The notes below the pieces were generated by a model. It made no database searches, was not told where the DNA came from, and was given only the letters and a program-made list of their open reading frames with translations. DNA of 64,000 bases from positions 6 through 64,005 of the forward strand of contig JAAVIF010000075.1 of the NCBI GenBank assembly GCA_014799365.1, in the 5' to 3' direction. Below, piece by piece: positions 19,252 through 30,317 of this stretch (its first letter is position 1; the number at the start of each line of letters is the position of its first letter). The DNA comes from Oscillospiraceae bacterium. GTDB lineage: Bacteria; Bacillota; Clostridia; Oscillospirales; Ruminococcaceae. The position numbers were made by a program, and so were the translations under genes.

Positions 19252-21150
19252 TTATAACTTCACCAAAACCACATCGTAATCATACGGCGACACATGAAGC
19301 TTTCCGCATGTCCTTTCGCTTTCATGTCTCATGACCTTAAAGCTCTTACAGTTACCCACCGTTTCATGCAGCAAAAAGTTTCTTGCCTTATGCGACTTAT
19401 TCAAATAAATAACCGCCGCCTCTCCCGCTTCAGCGTCCTCGCGTCTGAAAATACAGTAATCGGACGTAACGTCAATAAACTTCATTGTACCCTTTGCAAA
19501 CGCCTTGCTTGAGGCGCGGATACGACCCAGCTCCGAGGTAAAGGAAATAAGTCCCTTGTCCTCCTCGCCCCACGGATAAGTACGTCTGTTAAAGGGGTCC
19601 TTGTAGCCCTCCTGACCCGCCTCGTCAGCATAATAAATACAAGGAACACCCGGCAGGAAGAATTGCAGGACCATTGCGCACTTCATCAAAGCAACGCCGT
19701 AAACATACTGCTGCGGCGACAGCTTATGCTCCGACTGCCAGCGTCTGTCGTTCCAGCCCATATCCTCTCCCGCAAGCCTTGTTATGGCTCTTTCCGTGTC
19801 ATGAGTGGAAAGGAAATTCATTAAAATATCAACGCAGGGCTTGGGATAGTGCTCGATTATAGTCATCACCCCGTCCTTTAAGGGCGTGGGATCAGAATAT
19901 TTCACATAGTTCAGAATACATTCCCTGAAAGGATAGTTCATAACGCTGTCAAGCTGCTTACCGTTCAGATAGCGGCGGCGCACTCCGTAGCTTTCCTTGT
20001 TTGACGCGTCCTCCCACACTTCTCCGAAAATGACCTTATCCTCTCCCATTTTCTTAACGGCGATCCTTAAATTATCGATAAATTCATCGGGAAGCTCGTC
20101 GGCAACGTCCAGACGCCAGCCCGCCGCGCCTGCCTTTATCCACTTCTGCAAAATACCGCCGTCGCCGCAAATGTACTCGGTGTAAGAGGGATTGTTTTCG
20201 TTAACGTTGGGAAGATTGGTGAAGCCCCACCAGCTTTCATAGGTATTTGGATAATTGATAAAGCTGTACCAGTCACGGTATGGGCTTTCGGGGTCTCTGA
20301 AAGCACCGCTGTGGTCGCCGTATCTGCCGAATTTGTTGAAGTAGACGGAATCCGCGCCCGTATGGCTGAACACGCCGTCGAGAATTATTTTTATTCCCAT
20401 TTCGTCGGCTTTTTGGCACAGTTCGGTAAATTCCTCCCCCGTACCCATAAGCATATCTATTCTTTCATAGTTTGCGGTGCTGTAACGGTGGTTTTCGTGA
20501 GATTCAAAAATAGGGTTGAAATATATGCAGGTAACGCCCAAGTCCCTAAGATAATGCAATTTTTCCTGCACGCCCTTTAAATTGCCGCCGAAATAGTCGC
20601 TGTTGGTAACGATACCCTTTTCATTGGGCTGCCAAACGGGCATATCGCTCCAATTTATATGAAGCTGCCTGTCAACCGGTATTTGAGGCTCATTTTCCGG
20701 ATCGGGAGTACCCTTTGCGAAGCGGTCGGGGAAAATTTGGTACATAACTCCGCCCTTAAGCCATTCGGGGGTTGTCATTCCTTCATCGTAAACGGTAAGC
20801 TGGAACAGCTCCCCGTCGTCAAAGCCGCCGCGGGAAGCACCCTGACGCTTTATATAACGGCGTCCGCAGTTGCCCACCAATGTAAAATAGTAATGGTGCA
20901 GTCCCGTATGCTCGGGAATGTAAGAGCCTTTAAAAACATAGAATCTCTCGCCGTTCAGCTCTTTTATACCCTCGTTTTCAAGCGATGAAAACTTTTCCTT
21001 GAAGCCCGGACGGAACATTACGATAGAGCATTCGGTAATATGGTGATCAATGGGAATATTAAGGCGGAAAACCAACTCGGTGGTTCTTTCCACCGCTCCG
21101 AAGGGAAATTTGTAGTAGCTGTCAAAGCAATCATAAATCGGTATGCTCAT
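19252..21150 (-). CDS. GH13 neopullulanase/amylopullulanase-like glycosidase
   Basis: YQIFPDRF, DGVFSH, GWRLDVA, GEVW and THD catalytic motifs. Confidence 0.9.
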   Translation of the reverse strand: MSIPIYDCFDSYYKFPFGAVERTTELVFRLNIPIDHHITECSIVMFRPGFKEKFSSLENEGIKELNGERFYVFKGSYIPEHTGLHHYYFTLVGNCGRRYIKRQGASRGGFDDGELFQLTVYDEGMTTPEWLKGGVMYQIFPDRFAKGTPDPENEPQIPVDRQLHINWSDMPVWQPNEKGIVTNSDYFGGNLKGVQEKLHYLRDLGVTCIYFNPIFESHENHRYSTANYERIDMLMGTGEEFTELCQKADEMGIKIILDGVFSHTGADSVYFNKFGRYGDHSGAFRDPESPYRDWYSFINYPNTYESWWGFTNLPNVNENNPSYTEYICGDGGILQKWIKAGAAGWRLDVADELPDEFIDNLRIAVKKMGEDKVIFGEVWEDASNKESYGVRRRYLNGKQLDSVMNYPFRECILNYVKYSDPTPLKDGVMTIIEHYPKPCVDILMNFLSTHDTERAITRLAGEDMGWNDRRWQSEHKLSPQQYVYGVALMKCAMVLQFFLPGVPCIYYADEAGQEGYKDPFNRRTYPWGEEDKGLISFTSELGRIRASSKAFAKGTMKFIDVTSDYCIFRREDAEAGEAAVIYLNKSHKARNFLLHETVGNCKSFKVMRHESERTCGKLHVSPYDYDVVLVKL

Positions 21151-21168
21151 TTTATGAATCTTCCTTTC

Positions 21169-21609
21169 CTAAGAGGATTTTTTTATTTTATTTGAAACAA
21201 TATAGTATATTGCCGCGTAAATTGCGGTTGGAATAAACAAAAGCCATAGACAAAAAGCGTTTAAAATTCCCCATGCTTCAAAGCCGTAATACCGCTCCCC
21301 ATTGCCCATAAAGCCGAAATAGATACCCGCAAAAAATACGTATATGTAAAAGAAAATTACGTAAAGACCTATACTAATCAAAAGATACAGAAAAAATCGT
21401 GCAATACTGCGAGGTAAAGATATGTTTTCCTTCCACCGTAAATATACGATATACGTTATTTGGTAAATAAAGGACGCTGTCGACAAAATGCCGAGGACGA
21501 ATGCTCCAAGCTCCACAACAGGATATAGCGTAGTAAAAACACTGAGATAGAGAAGAAACAGTGAGTAGGAAAGAAAAGACAAAAGGTATATCAAACCGGA
21601 TTTTTTCAT
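21169..21609 (-). CDS. Hypothetical 4-TM membrane protein
   Basis: Hydrophobic ORF with GGAG RBS, lying between glgP and the GH13 gene. Confidence 0.6.
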   Translation of the reverse strand: MKKSGLIYLLSFLSYSLFLLYLSVFTTLYPVVELGAFVLGILSTASFIYQITYIVYLRWKENISLPRSIARFFLYLLISIGLYVIFFYIYVFFAGIYFGFMGNGERYYGFEAWGILNAFCLWLLFIPTAIYAAIYYIVSNKIKKSS

Positions 21610-21680
21610 TTTTCCTCCATTTGCTCAATATACAACGATACTGCGGTGTAGTGCCGCAGTATCTTGTTTTATACTTTAAG

Positions 21681-24080
21681 TTAAATAAGATTCCAAATTG
21701 TCTTTGCGTAATCCATAACGGCTCTGTCGGCGGAGAATACTCCCGCACCCGCAATGTTCATCAGTGACATTTCATTCCAGCCGAGAACGTTCTTATACGC
21801 TTCGGACGACCTCTTCTGAGCGTCGCGGTAGCTGTCAAAGTCCGCAAGTGCCATATACTGGTCGGTAAAGCGGAGAGAGTTTGCTACCTCGTCAAACTTC
21901 GCGCCGTTGATACCGCTGTACATTCTGTTTATCGCGCCCGCTATAACGTTGTTGCTGGTGTAATAGCCCTCGGGGACGTAGCCGTTGGCCTTCATTACGT
22001 CAACCTCGCCTGCGTTCATGCCGAAGATAAAGATGTTGTCCTTTCCTACCTGCTCGCTGATCTCAACGTTAGCACCGTCGAAAGTGCCTAAGGTGATCGC
22101 GCCGTTAAGCATAAGCTTCATATTGCCAGTACCCGAAGCCTCGGTACCCGCAAGAGAGATCTGCTCGGAAATTTCGCTGGCAGGCATAAGTATTTCGGAA
22201 AGTGTAACGCGGTAATCCTCAAGGAACACAACGCTCAGCTTATCGCTGATCTTGGGATTTTTTCTTATCTCCTCGCCGAGACACCAGATCATCTTGATGA
22301 TCTGCTTTGCCATATAGTAGCCGGGAGCGGCCTTTGAAGCGAAAATGTAGGTTTTGGGAACAAAGTCCGCGTCGGGATTTTCAAGGAGATAATTGTAATC
22401 CGCGATTATATTCATGGCATTAAGCTGCTGACGCTTGTATTCGTGCAGACGCTTTACCTGTACGTCAAAAATGCTGTCAACGTTAAGCTTTCTGCCTGTG
22501 GTCTTTTCAACGTAATTGGCAAAGGTCACCTTGTTTGCGCGCTTTATCTCCGCAAGCTTTTTCAGTACGCTCTCGTCTTTTCTGAAAAGACGCAGATGCT
22601 CAAGCTCGGAAGCGTTTTTCTTGAAGCCGTCGCCGATGCACTGAGAAAGCAGATCGGTAAGACCCTTGTTGGACTGTAAAAGCCACCTTCTGTAAGCGAT
22701 ACCGTTGGTTACGTTCTTGAACTTAACGGGCTTGTCGTCGTATTCGTCCTTGAACACGCTTTCTTTTATAATCTCGCTGTGAAGCTTTGAAACGCCGTTT
22801 ACGGAGTGGCAGGCGTCAACGCAGAGATTAGCCATTTTTATCTGGCTGTTGCTTACGATCGACATTCTCGCTACCTTGCCCTCGTCGCCCAGGCGGTTGC
22901 TTAAGCCCTCGCAGTAGCGGCGGTTGATCTCGCAGATAATAGTGTAAATACGGGGGAGAATATTTCTGAGCATATTCTCGTCCCACTTTTCAAGAGCTTC
23001 CGCCATAACCGTATGGTTGGTGTAAGCAAAGGTGTTTGTTACGATATGCCATGACTTTGCCCAGCTGTAACCGCATTCGTCAAGCATTATTCTCATAAGC
23101 TCGGGGATAGCAAGAGTGGGGTGAGTATCGTTTACGTGAATGGCGACCTTTTCATGGAGATTGTCAAGAGTGCCGTAAATATTCATATGGCGCATTACTA
23201 TATCGCCTATGGAGGCGGCGCACATAAAGTACTGCTGACGAAGTCTCAGAGCCTTTCCGTCCAGATGATTGTCGTTGGGGTACAGCACTTTGGTAAGGGA
23301 GTGCGCGATGTTGTTTGCGCCCAACGCTTCGCCGTAATTACCCTTGTTGAACGCGCTCATATCGAAGCTCATGCCCTGCGCGCTCCACAAGCGAAGCTTT
23401 GAAACACCCTCGCTGTCGTAGCCGCTTACATACATATCAAAGGGAACGGCGTTAACGGTGGTATAATTTACATGGTTTACCGAATGGTAATTGTCCGCCC
23501 AGCTTTCCTGAATCTCTCCGTCAAAATGTACGGGAATAGCCTGATCGGGAACCTCGGCAAGCCATACTCCGCCGCCGGGGAGCCAGTTGTCGGGAAGCTC
23601 GGTCTGCCAGCCGTCCAGTATCTGCTGCTTAAAGATTCCGTATTCGTAAAGAATGGAATATCCCGTTGCGGGAAGCCCGCAGGTGGCAAGACCGTCCATG
23701 TAGCAAGCCGCAAGACGGCCCAAGCCGCCGTTGCCCAAGCCGGCGTCGGGCTCTTCCTCGTAAATGCTGTCGATCTTTACGTTAAAGGCTTCCTGTAAAG
23801 CCTTTGCGACCTCTTCGTTCATTCCCAGATTATACAGACTTGTTTTCAGAGAACGACCCATGAGGAATTCCATTGAGATATAGTATACCTGCTTTTTTCC
23901 CTGTGAGTTGCACTTTGTCATGAATCTGTGGCGTTTTTCCTTAAGATGATTTACCACAATCTTGGACAAAGCCTTATAGATCTGCGTATTGGTAGCTTCT
24001 TTCGGGGACGTTCTGAAATCGAACTCCAAAATTCCCTTAATTTGTCTGATTATTTCTTCAGATGAATACGGTGATGTCAT
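21681..24080 (-). CDS. glgP: Glycogen/starch phosphorylase
   Basis: GLGNGGLGRLAAC, NDTHP, QVKRLHEYKRQ and EASGTGNMK PLP site. Confidence 0.95.
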   Translation of the reverse strand: MTSPYSSEEIIRQIKGILEFDFRTSPKEATNTQIYKALSKIVVNHLKEKRHRFMTKCNSQGKKQVYYISMEFLMGRSLKTSLYNLGMNEEVAKALQEAFNVKIDSIYEEEPDAGLGNGGLGRLAACYMDGLATCGLPATGYSILYEYGIFKQQILDGWQTELPDNWLPGGGVWLAEVPDQAIPVHFDGEIQESWADNYHSVNHVNYTTVNAVPFDMYVSGYDSEGVSKLRLWSAQGMSFDMSAFNKGNYGEALGANNIAHSLTKVLYPNDNHLDGKALRLRQQYFMCAASIGDIVMRHMNIYGTLDNLHEKVAIHVNDTHPTLAIPELMRIMLDECGYSWAKSWHIVTNTFAYTNHTVMAEALEKWDENMLRNILPRIYTIICEINRRYCEGLSNRLGDEGKVARMSIVSNSQIKMANLCVDACHSVNGVSKLHSEIIKESVFKDEYDDKPVKFKNVTNGIAYRRWLLQSNKGLTDLLSQCIGDGFKKNASELEHLRLFRKDESVLKKLAEIKRANKVTFANYVEKTTGRKLNVDSIFDVQVKRLHEYKRQQLNAMNIIADYNYLLENPDADFVPKTYIFASKAAPGYYMAKQIIKMIWCLGEEIRKNPKISDKLSVVFLEDYRVTLSEILMPASEISEQISLAGTEASGTGNMKLMLNGAITLGTFDGANVEISEQVGKDNIFIFGMNAGEVDVMKANGYVPEGYYTSNNVIAGAINRMYSGINGAKFDEVANSLRFTDQYMALADFDSYRDAQKRSSEAYKNVLGWNEMSLMNIAGAGVFSADRAVMDYAKTIWNLI

Positions 24081-24371
24081 AGCGTTCCTTCCTCACACAT
24101 AAAAATTATTTTATTGTCGGTAGCCGCTTTTACGGGCGGCGGTTTTTCCGTTAGACTCAAACAGACAGGGATAACGTTTTCTTCCTGTCATAATATTATA
24201 ATTATACCTCAAATCGATAAAAATATCAAGTATACGGCGGGTTAAATGTCAAAATTAGGCGTGAATAATGGAAAATTTGTGCATAAATAACAAATTTTCG
24301 GTAAATTTAACATTAAATATTACTTAACAGCTAACTTAAATTAAGCTAAAAAACACAACGCCGTAACGTCC

Positions 24372-25031
24372 TTACTTTTTGATTTTAAGCATTTTTCTTA
24401 CCTCATTGGCGGCGGAGATCGACGACACGATAAGCAGCTTGTCGTTGCTCACAAGCTTTGTGCGGCCTCTCGGGATTATCAGCTCCTCGCCTCTGGTGAT
24501 ACTGATAATGTTGCAACCGTCGGGCAGCTTTATGTCTACGATCATTTTTCCGTCATAAACGTAATTTTCGGGAATAATGACCTCAAACACCGCGGTCTTG
24601 CCGTTAATGGGCATAAGCTCCTTGATCCTGCTGTTGTCTACCTCTCTTTCCATTTGCTTGATGATGTTGTCGGTGCCAGAAATGGCTATATCCACGCCCA
24701 AAAACCGCATTGTATCAACGTTTTTCGGGTTATTCACCTTAGCAATGGTTTTTTCAACGCCAAAGAGCCTTTTTGCCATCTGGCATATCACCAGATTCAC
24801 CTCGTCCTCGCCCGTTACCGCTATTACGGAGTCGCACTTTTCCGCCCCCGCCTTTTTCAGTGCTTTAGCCGTGGAGCCGTCGCCCAGTACAACGGTTACG
24901 TCAAGGGTATTGGCAAAATACTGACACACACTTTTTTCCTTTTCTATTACGGAAACGTCATAGTTTCTTTCAAGCAGAGTTTTTGAAAGATAATATCCTA
25001 CCTTTCCTCCGCCTATTATTATCGATTTCAT
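24372..25031 (-). CDS. trkA: TrkA/KtrA-family RCK potassium-uptake protein
   Basis: GGGKVG Rossmann motif, TrkA_N plus TrkA_C. Confidence 0.85.
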   Translation of the reverse strand: MKSIIIGGGKVGYYLSKTLLERNYDVSVIEKEKSVCQYFANTLDVTVVLGDGSTAKALKKAGAEKCDSVIAVTGEDEVNLVICQMAKRLFGVEKTIAKVNNPKNVDTMRFLGVDIAISGTDNIIKQMEREVDNSRIKELMPINGKTAVFEVIIPENYVYDGKMIVDIKLPDGCNIISITRGEELIIPRGRTKLVSNDKLLIVSSISAANEVRKMLKIKK

Positions 25032-25049
25032 TGCAAAGTTAACTGCCGA

Positions 25050-25670
25050 CTAATCAACTATCTTTGAAAAAATCAGCGTGTCCCCCTCTCTGAGCAGTAT
25101 ATTGTAATTATTTACAAGAGTAAACTTTCCGCCCTCGTTTATAATGGCGTAAAGCACCTCGTTTTCTTCAAACTGTATCTCCAAGGCCTTTAAGCCTATG
25201 TATTCCTTCGGTATGGACATAGTATAAAATTTTACCCTATGGTTGCCGAATTGCAGCCAGTTTTGCTCCTCGTATCCGTCGATTGCGGATACCACGGCAT
25301 CAAGAGTAAGCAGAGTGGAGCAAACGGAATTTAAGCCGTACTGCTGAAAAACCGCTTCCTTTTCGGGGTCTTCGATCCCCGCCAGCACCTTGGGCACCTT
25401 GTAAATTTCCTTTGCAATCTGTGCTACCATTATATTTTCGTTATCGTTATTTGTTACGGCGCAAACCACGTCGCAGGATTCGATCCCCGCCGCCTCCAGA
25501 TCGTCGTTATCAATGGGAACGCCTTTAAAGGTAAGACCGGTAAACCCGTCGTCGAGCCGTTCAAAGGAATCGCTCCTTTTGTCCATAACTGCCACGTCAT
25601 GACCGTGGTCGGACATTGCAGAAGCAAGTGCCGCCCCTAATCTGCCGCAGCCCACTATTAAAATATTCAC
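25050..25670 (-). CDS. trkA: TrkA/KtrA-family RCK protein (GTG start)
   Basis: GCGRLG and AVTNNDNEN motifs. Confidence 0.85.
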   Translation of the reverse strand: MNILIVGCGRLGAALASAMSDHGHDVAVMDKRSDSFERLDDGFTGLTFKGVPIDNDDLEAAGIESCDVVCAVTNNDNENIMVAQIAKEIYKVPKVLAGIEDPEKEAVFQQYGLNSVCSTLLTLDAVVSAIDGYEEQNWLQFGNHRVKFYTMSIPKEYIGLKALEIQFEENEVLYAIINEGGKFTLVNNYNILLREGDTLIFSKIVD

Positions 25671-25702
25671 TTTGGATATGCCTTTCTGTTAATTTTATGA
25701 GG

Positions 25703-26551
25703 TCAGAAATTCAATTCTTCACCTGTCTGTAAATACTGAAGCTGATTTCCCAGCTTTGCTTTAAGCTCCTCATAGCCCTTTAAACCCGTACAGTGACAGG
25801 TATAGATCGCACCCACATTAAGCTCTTTTATTTCTTCCGCGAGTCTGTCTATGTAATCGCCGTCAACGGTCAGCTTTTTCGCGTTCTCGCCCATAAAATG
25901 CAGTCCCGTCAGTATTGCCAAAACAGGAATATTGCCCCAATTTTTATACACGGTTTTTATCATATTTGGAAGCCCGCAATGAGCGCAGCCGCCCAAGATC
26001 ACACAGCCCTTTTTTCTGTTTTCAAAGGGGAAAATAACCCCGAAGCACTCATGCTCCATCTCGTCGTTTTCGTAATCCGAGCCGTTTTTCAGTTTATAGT
26101 TTTTATCGGTAACATAAAATTTCTTATCGCCTATTTCGTCTTTTAAAAGAAAAAAGCCTTCGTTAACCTGCTGAAAGCTGTTAAACAAAATAAAATTATC
26201 CCTGTGCTTTTTTATCTTTTCGGACAAATCGCCTATGGGTGACGCCAAAAGTCCCTTTTTACGGTAAGGAAGGCAATCAGCGGCCTTTAAAGCGAACAGC
26301 TTCATTTTAGGGTTGATCTGGAGCAGATTTTCGATTCCTCCCGTATAAGAAAAATGATTATGAGGAATTACCGCCGATTCGATGTTTTCGGGGTAAAGCT
26401 TCATTCTTTTGGCGTTGTTTATCAGCTTGGTGCTGCTCCCCGTTCCGAAAAGACAGCTATTATTGCTGTTTTCAACGTAAACCGACATTCCGTGCTCCAC
26501 CAGAAGCTTTTGTGAAACAGCTGTATTTTCTATCAGCATTACAATACGCAT
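25703..26551 (-). CDS. MBL-fold metallo-hydrolase with a degenerate metal motif
   Basis: EHGMS, GCAHCG, GLH and HCTG motifs; HxHxDH appears as HNHFSY; start re-called at MRIVM. Confidence 0.75.
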   Translation of the reverse strand: MRIVMLIENTAVSQKLLVEHGMSVYVENSNNSCLFGTGSSTKLINNAKRMKLYPENIESAVIPHNHFSYTGGIENLLQINPKMKLFALKAADCLPYRKKGLLASPIGDLSEKIKKHRDNFILFNSFQQVNEGFFLLKDEIGDKKFYVTDKNYKLKNGSDYENDEMEHECFGVIFPFENRKKGCVILGGCAHCGLPNMIKTVYKNWGNIPVLAILTGLHFMGENAKKLTVDGDYIDRLAEEIKELNVGAIYTCHCTGLKGYEELKAKLGNQLQYLQTGEELNF

Positions 26552-26720
26552 TGGCTTCTCCTTTGAGTTTTTTTCGGAAACAACTATATTATAGCACAAG
26601 TTTTCCTTGAAAGCAATATCAACAATATATTTTTTTGCTCCGCCAAATCCTTGTACAGCGGGATTTGCCGCGCCGCGCAAAATATTTTTTCTTTTTTTAA
26701 AAATTTTTTCAAAAAAAGTA

Positions 26721-26749
26721 TTGACATTTCAGAGAAAAATTGATATAAT
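26721..26749 (+). promoter_or_regulatory. Consensus promoter of tRNA-Leu (possibly also tRNA-Ser)
   Basis: TTGACA-17 bp-TATAAT with extended TG and an upstream A-tract. Confidence 0.85.
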
Positions 26750-26785
26750 GTAAAAGCTGTAAATGCACAGGCGCATACCCTATAT

Positions 26786-26871
26786 GCGGAGGTGGCGGAA
26801 TGGCAGACGCGCTACTTTGAGGGGGTAGTGGGAGTATTCTCGTGTGGGTTCAAGTCCCATTCTCCGCACCA
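26786..26871 (+). tRNA. tRNA-Leu (GAG)
   Basis: GCGGAATGGCAGACGC D-arm, loop TT-GAG-GG, long variable arm, 3' ACCA. Confidence 0.93.
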
Positions 26872-26985
26872 TGTAGCGTTGAATCCTTTAATTTGAAGGG
26901 GTTCAACGTTATTTGTTTATTTGAGGGTTTTGCGTTGAGTGGTGTGTATGTAAAGCGGGATAACTTATTTTATATTTTTTTGTAT

Positions 26986-27026
26986 GCAGATGTATCGAAG
27001 TGGTCATAACGAGAACGACTCGAAAT
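26986..27026 (+). pseudogene. 5' half of tRNA-Ser(CGA), truncated just after the anticodon loop (left att junction)
   Basis: 41 nt identical to 27178-27218, diverging after ACTCGAAAT. Confidence 0.88.
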
Positions 27027-27177
27027 GTTGTTAGTCGGGTGGAGTTTGGATTGCTGCGAGTGCTTTTGAGGAGCGGGTTTGCAGGATTTTGGAGGTTTGA
27101 TTTTTTAGCGAGTTCTAAAAGGAGTTCTAAGAAAAATTTAATATGAGATCGGCTCATGAGAGTGAGTTGAGATATAT

Positions 27178-27268
27178 GCAGATGTATCGAAGTGGTCATA
27201 ACGAGAACGACTCGAAATCGTTTGTGCCGTGAAAAGCACCGTGGGTTCGAATCCCACCATCTGCGCCA
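27178..27268 (+). tRNA. tRNA-Ser (CGA), intact
   Basis: Acceptor stem GCAGATG/CATCTGC, anticodon arm aacga-CTCGAAA-tcgtt, long variable arm, GGTTCGAATCC, 3' GCCA. Confidence 0.93.
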
Positions 27269-27608
27269 TAACAAAGTAACTAAAAAGATATTATGCCCAC
27301 AAAAGGCTGAGTAAAGCTATTTGTGGGCATAAATCTTACAAAAAAATAGCATACTATTCTGAAAGGCAAATCTGAATAAATAAGATGATTTGCCAGCTCA
27401 CTGAAAAAATGTTGTAGAAAAAAAGGTTACTTCAATCATTACTACTAAAGATTCAATTAAACATTTTCTACAAATATAATTATAAGTAAGTATTTATAAA
27501 AATCTTTCGATACAATGTTTTTGACTTTCTACGAAACAATGTTGTAATAAATTGAGTCCATCCTTTAATCCCATTAGAAAATAATCATTGATGTAAGGAA
27601 TATAAATT

Positions 27609-30317
27609 ATGCTTAAAATTGATCAAGCTATTTTAGATACGGACAAGGTTATATGTAAAAACATTGACCGTTTTGATGATTCAGAACGTGGCTTATTGTC
27701 TCAAAATATTTTAGCTCAACTAAGAAATTATGTGGAATATGTGGCTCAGAAGATTTATTCCAATAATTCTGATATTGATCCCAACAACTATGAGAATAAA
27801 AAAGAAGCATGGGAACATATTCAATCACATGGGGAATATCGCTTTTTGGCAAAGTTTCACTCTTTGCTTCAAAAATCAGCTTCTCATTATACATTAGACG
27901 AGAATGGATCCGAGAGGCTAATGCTAAAATATTACGAATATCTTTTACGCATCAAAATGTTTTTAAAACATACTTTTAATCTAGATGTTTTGAACAACAT
28001 TGATAGTTTTCCTTTAGATACAGATGATAGGCTTATGGAATACTATGAGAAAATTTCCGAGAAGATATGCAAACCAAGTTCACATGCTTCTTCCAATTCA
28101 TATAAGGAACGTTCATATATTAGAAAGATCAAGCCCTTTTTTGTTGATCACCATATCTATTATGAAGTTACTTTTACGACAGCCAATGACCACTCGAGCA
28201 AATTCGATAGAGTTATTGCTTTTACTAATATAGAGATTATAGATAACTATGCTACTAAACTCTCTATACATAATGATTTTATAGAAGTAATGGGTAAAAC
28301 TTTTCCTATTCAGATAATTGATAGTTGGGAAGTCTCAATCAGGCCATGTGAAATTAAAAATTTTTCAAGAATATTTGGCAAGGATTTAGACATCTCTCCT
28401 GAAAACTATGAATATTGTGACCTAATGAAATATATTACAAGCACACATATGAATTTAGTTGATCTTGTTACTTCTTCAAATGACTACTATGAAAAAATAA
28501 AACATTCTTGTACACAAAGAGTAAAAATTGTAAATATTTTTGATCTTTTAGATGAAATCAGAGAAATAATAAAAAACAATGCACCGGGTAGCAATGTTAT
28601 CAGATATCTTATTTATAAAATGAATAATAAGGTTATAAAGCTTCAATATGATTCAAAAAAATGTGAATTATTATCTAATTTATATTTAAAATGGAGCTGT
28701 ATCCCTTTTGATAATATGCCATTCACTACTTCTCCTGTAAAACACAACCCACATATGTATGATTTGTTGGATTGTATTGATTCGACGGGGCGTGAGCATG
28801 AATTTCTTATTCGTTTTGTTAACAATAATACGGAACAACATGATATGTTGTTTACGCCTCAAAAGGAACTGTCTCAATTTAGTAATATTGACAATTTAAT
28901 AAAAACCTATAACCAAAAAATATATTATAAGCATTTGCATCGCAAATTACAAATATACAAACATCATCTATATCTTAAAGGTTATGCTGATGATACCTAT
29001 GAAGTGATTAAAAAACTAAAAGATTTATCAGCCACAGGAATATTCGGATATTCAAGTTTTATTGAGTCGTGGCTGAAACAAAACAACTCATATATAATCG
29101 ACAGCAAAGAAAAATTAGAAGCTGTTAAAATGATGTTTTCGAATTCGCAAGTTGCTCTTATATATGGTTCCGCAGGTACAGGAAAAACAACTCTTATAAA
29201 TCACATTTCAAATATTTATAATAACAGAGAAAAACTGTATTTAGCAAACACACATCCTACTGTGGAAAATTTGAGAAGAAAAGTTACCGCATCTAATTGC
29301 AAATTTGATACAATTGCCAGCATAGTGTCTACTTATAATAAAAGATATGAGTTTGATATTATTTTTATAGATGAATGTAGTACTGTAAGCAACAAGGATA
29401 TGCATTTAATTATTGACAAGGTTAAATTCAAGTTGCTTGTTCTTGTAGGTGATGTTTATCAAATTGAATCTATCCTTTTTGGGAATTGGTTTAGTCTTGC
29501 ACGCACATTCATTCCACAAACATCTGTTTTTGAATTGACAAAACCCCATCGAACCAAAAACGAGAATCTTATTACTGTTTGGGATAGAGTTCGTAAAGTA
29601 GATGATGCTATTCTAGAGTCATTAGTAAAAAACAAATACGTATCTAAATTAGATGAGTTTGATTTTACATACTGTAACGACGATGAGATTATTTTATGCT
29701 TAAATTACGATGGACTCTACGGAATCAATAATGTTAATAGATTCCTTCAAAGTAATAACCCAAACAATTCAGTAGCATGGGGAATTAATTTATATAAAGT
29801 TGGAGATCCAATTTTGTTTAATGAATCTGATAGATTTGCTCCCTTAATTTATAATAATATGAAAGGTAAAATTACAGATATAGAATTGGACGAATTTGCA
29901 ATACGATTTGAGATTGAATTAGATATTGCAATTACCGAGTGGGATGCTGAACTATATGATTTTACGATTGTTGGAGAATCGGAAAATAAGAATTCAATAA
30001 TCAGTTTTTGGGTATATAAGAGTAAGGGTACTGATACAGATAATGATTCATCTAAGTCAATTGTTCCGTTTCAAGTTGCATATGCGATATCAATACATAA
30101 AGCTCAAGGATTAGAATATAAGTCAGTTAAAATAATTATTACAAATGAAGCGGATGAACTTATTACACACAATATTTTCTATACAGCGATTACCCGTGCC
30201 AAGGAAGATTTAAAAATTTATTGGACTCCTGAGACTGAGAAAAAAATATTAGAAAGCTTTTCTCATAAAAACCATAATAAAGATGCTGCACTTTTGTCCA
30301 ATCTTTATACTTTATAA
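27609..30317 (+). CDS. SF1B (RecD-like) helicase with a ~480-aa uncharacterised N-terminal region
   Basis: GSAGTGKT, IFIDEC, GDVYQIESI, YAISIHKAQGLEY and YTAITRAK. Confidence 0.85.
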   Translation: MLKIDQAILDTDKVICKNIDRFDDSERGLLSQNILAQLRNYVEYVAQKIYSNNSDIDPNNYENKKEAWEHIQSHGEYRFLAKFHSLLQKSASHYTLDENGSERLMLKYYEYLLRIKMFLKHTFNLDVLNNIDSFPLDTDDRLMEYYEKISEKICKPSSHASSNSYKERSYIRKIKPFFVDHHIYYEVTFTTANDHSSKFDRVIAFTNIEIIDNYATKLSIHNDFIEVMGKTFPIQIIDSWEVSIRPCEIKNFSRIFGKDLDISPENYEYCDLMKYITSTHMNLVDLVTSSNDYYEKIKHSCTQRVKIVNIFDLLDEIREIIKNNAPGSNVIRYLIYKMNNKVIKLQYDSKKCELLSNLYLKWSCIPFDNMPFTTSPVKHNPHMYDLLDCIDSTGREHEFLIRFVNNNTEQHDMLFTPQKELSQFSNIDNLIKTYNQKIYYKHLHRKLQIYKHHLYLKGYADDTYEVIKKLKDLSATGIFGYSSFIESWLKQNNSYIIDSKEKLEAVKMMFSNSQVALIYGSAGTGKTTLINHISNIYNNREKLYLANTHPTVENLRRKVTASNCKFDTIASIVSTYNKRYEFDIIFIDECSTVSNKDMHLIIDKVKFKLLVLVGDVYQIESILFGNWFSLARTFIPQTSVFELTKPHRTKNENLITVWDRVRKVDDAILESLVKNKYVSKLDEFDFTYCNDDEIILCLNYDGLYGINNVNRFLQSNNPNNSVAWGINLYKVGDPILFNESDRFAPLIYNNMKGKITDIELDEFAIRFEIELDIAITEWDAELYDFTIVGESENKNSIISFWVYKSKGTDTDNDSSKSIVPFQVAYAISIHKAQGLEYKSVKIIITNEADELITHNIFYTAITRAKEDLKIYWTPETEKKILESFSHKNHNKDAALLSNLYTL

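Noticed and set aside
17083-25670. oadG/oadB without an alpha subunit, and two trkA genes without trkH
   Set aside because: Partner subunits are commonly encoded elsewhere; one window cannot show they are absent.
26909-27274. 121-aa minus-strand ORF with an internal repeat
   Set aside because: It is the antisense reading of the duplicated tRNA-Ser sequence.
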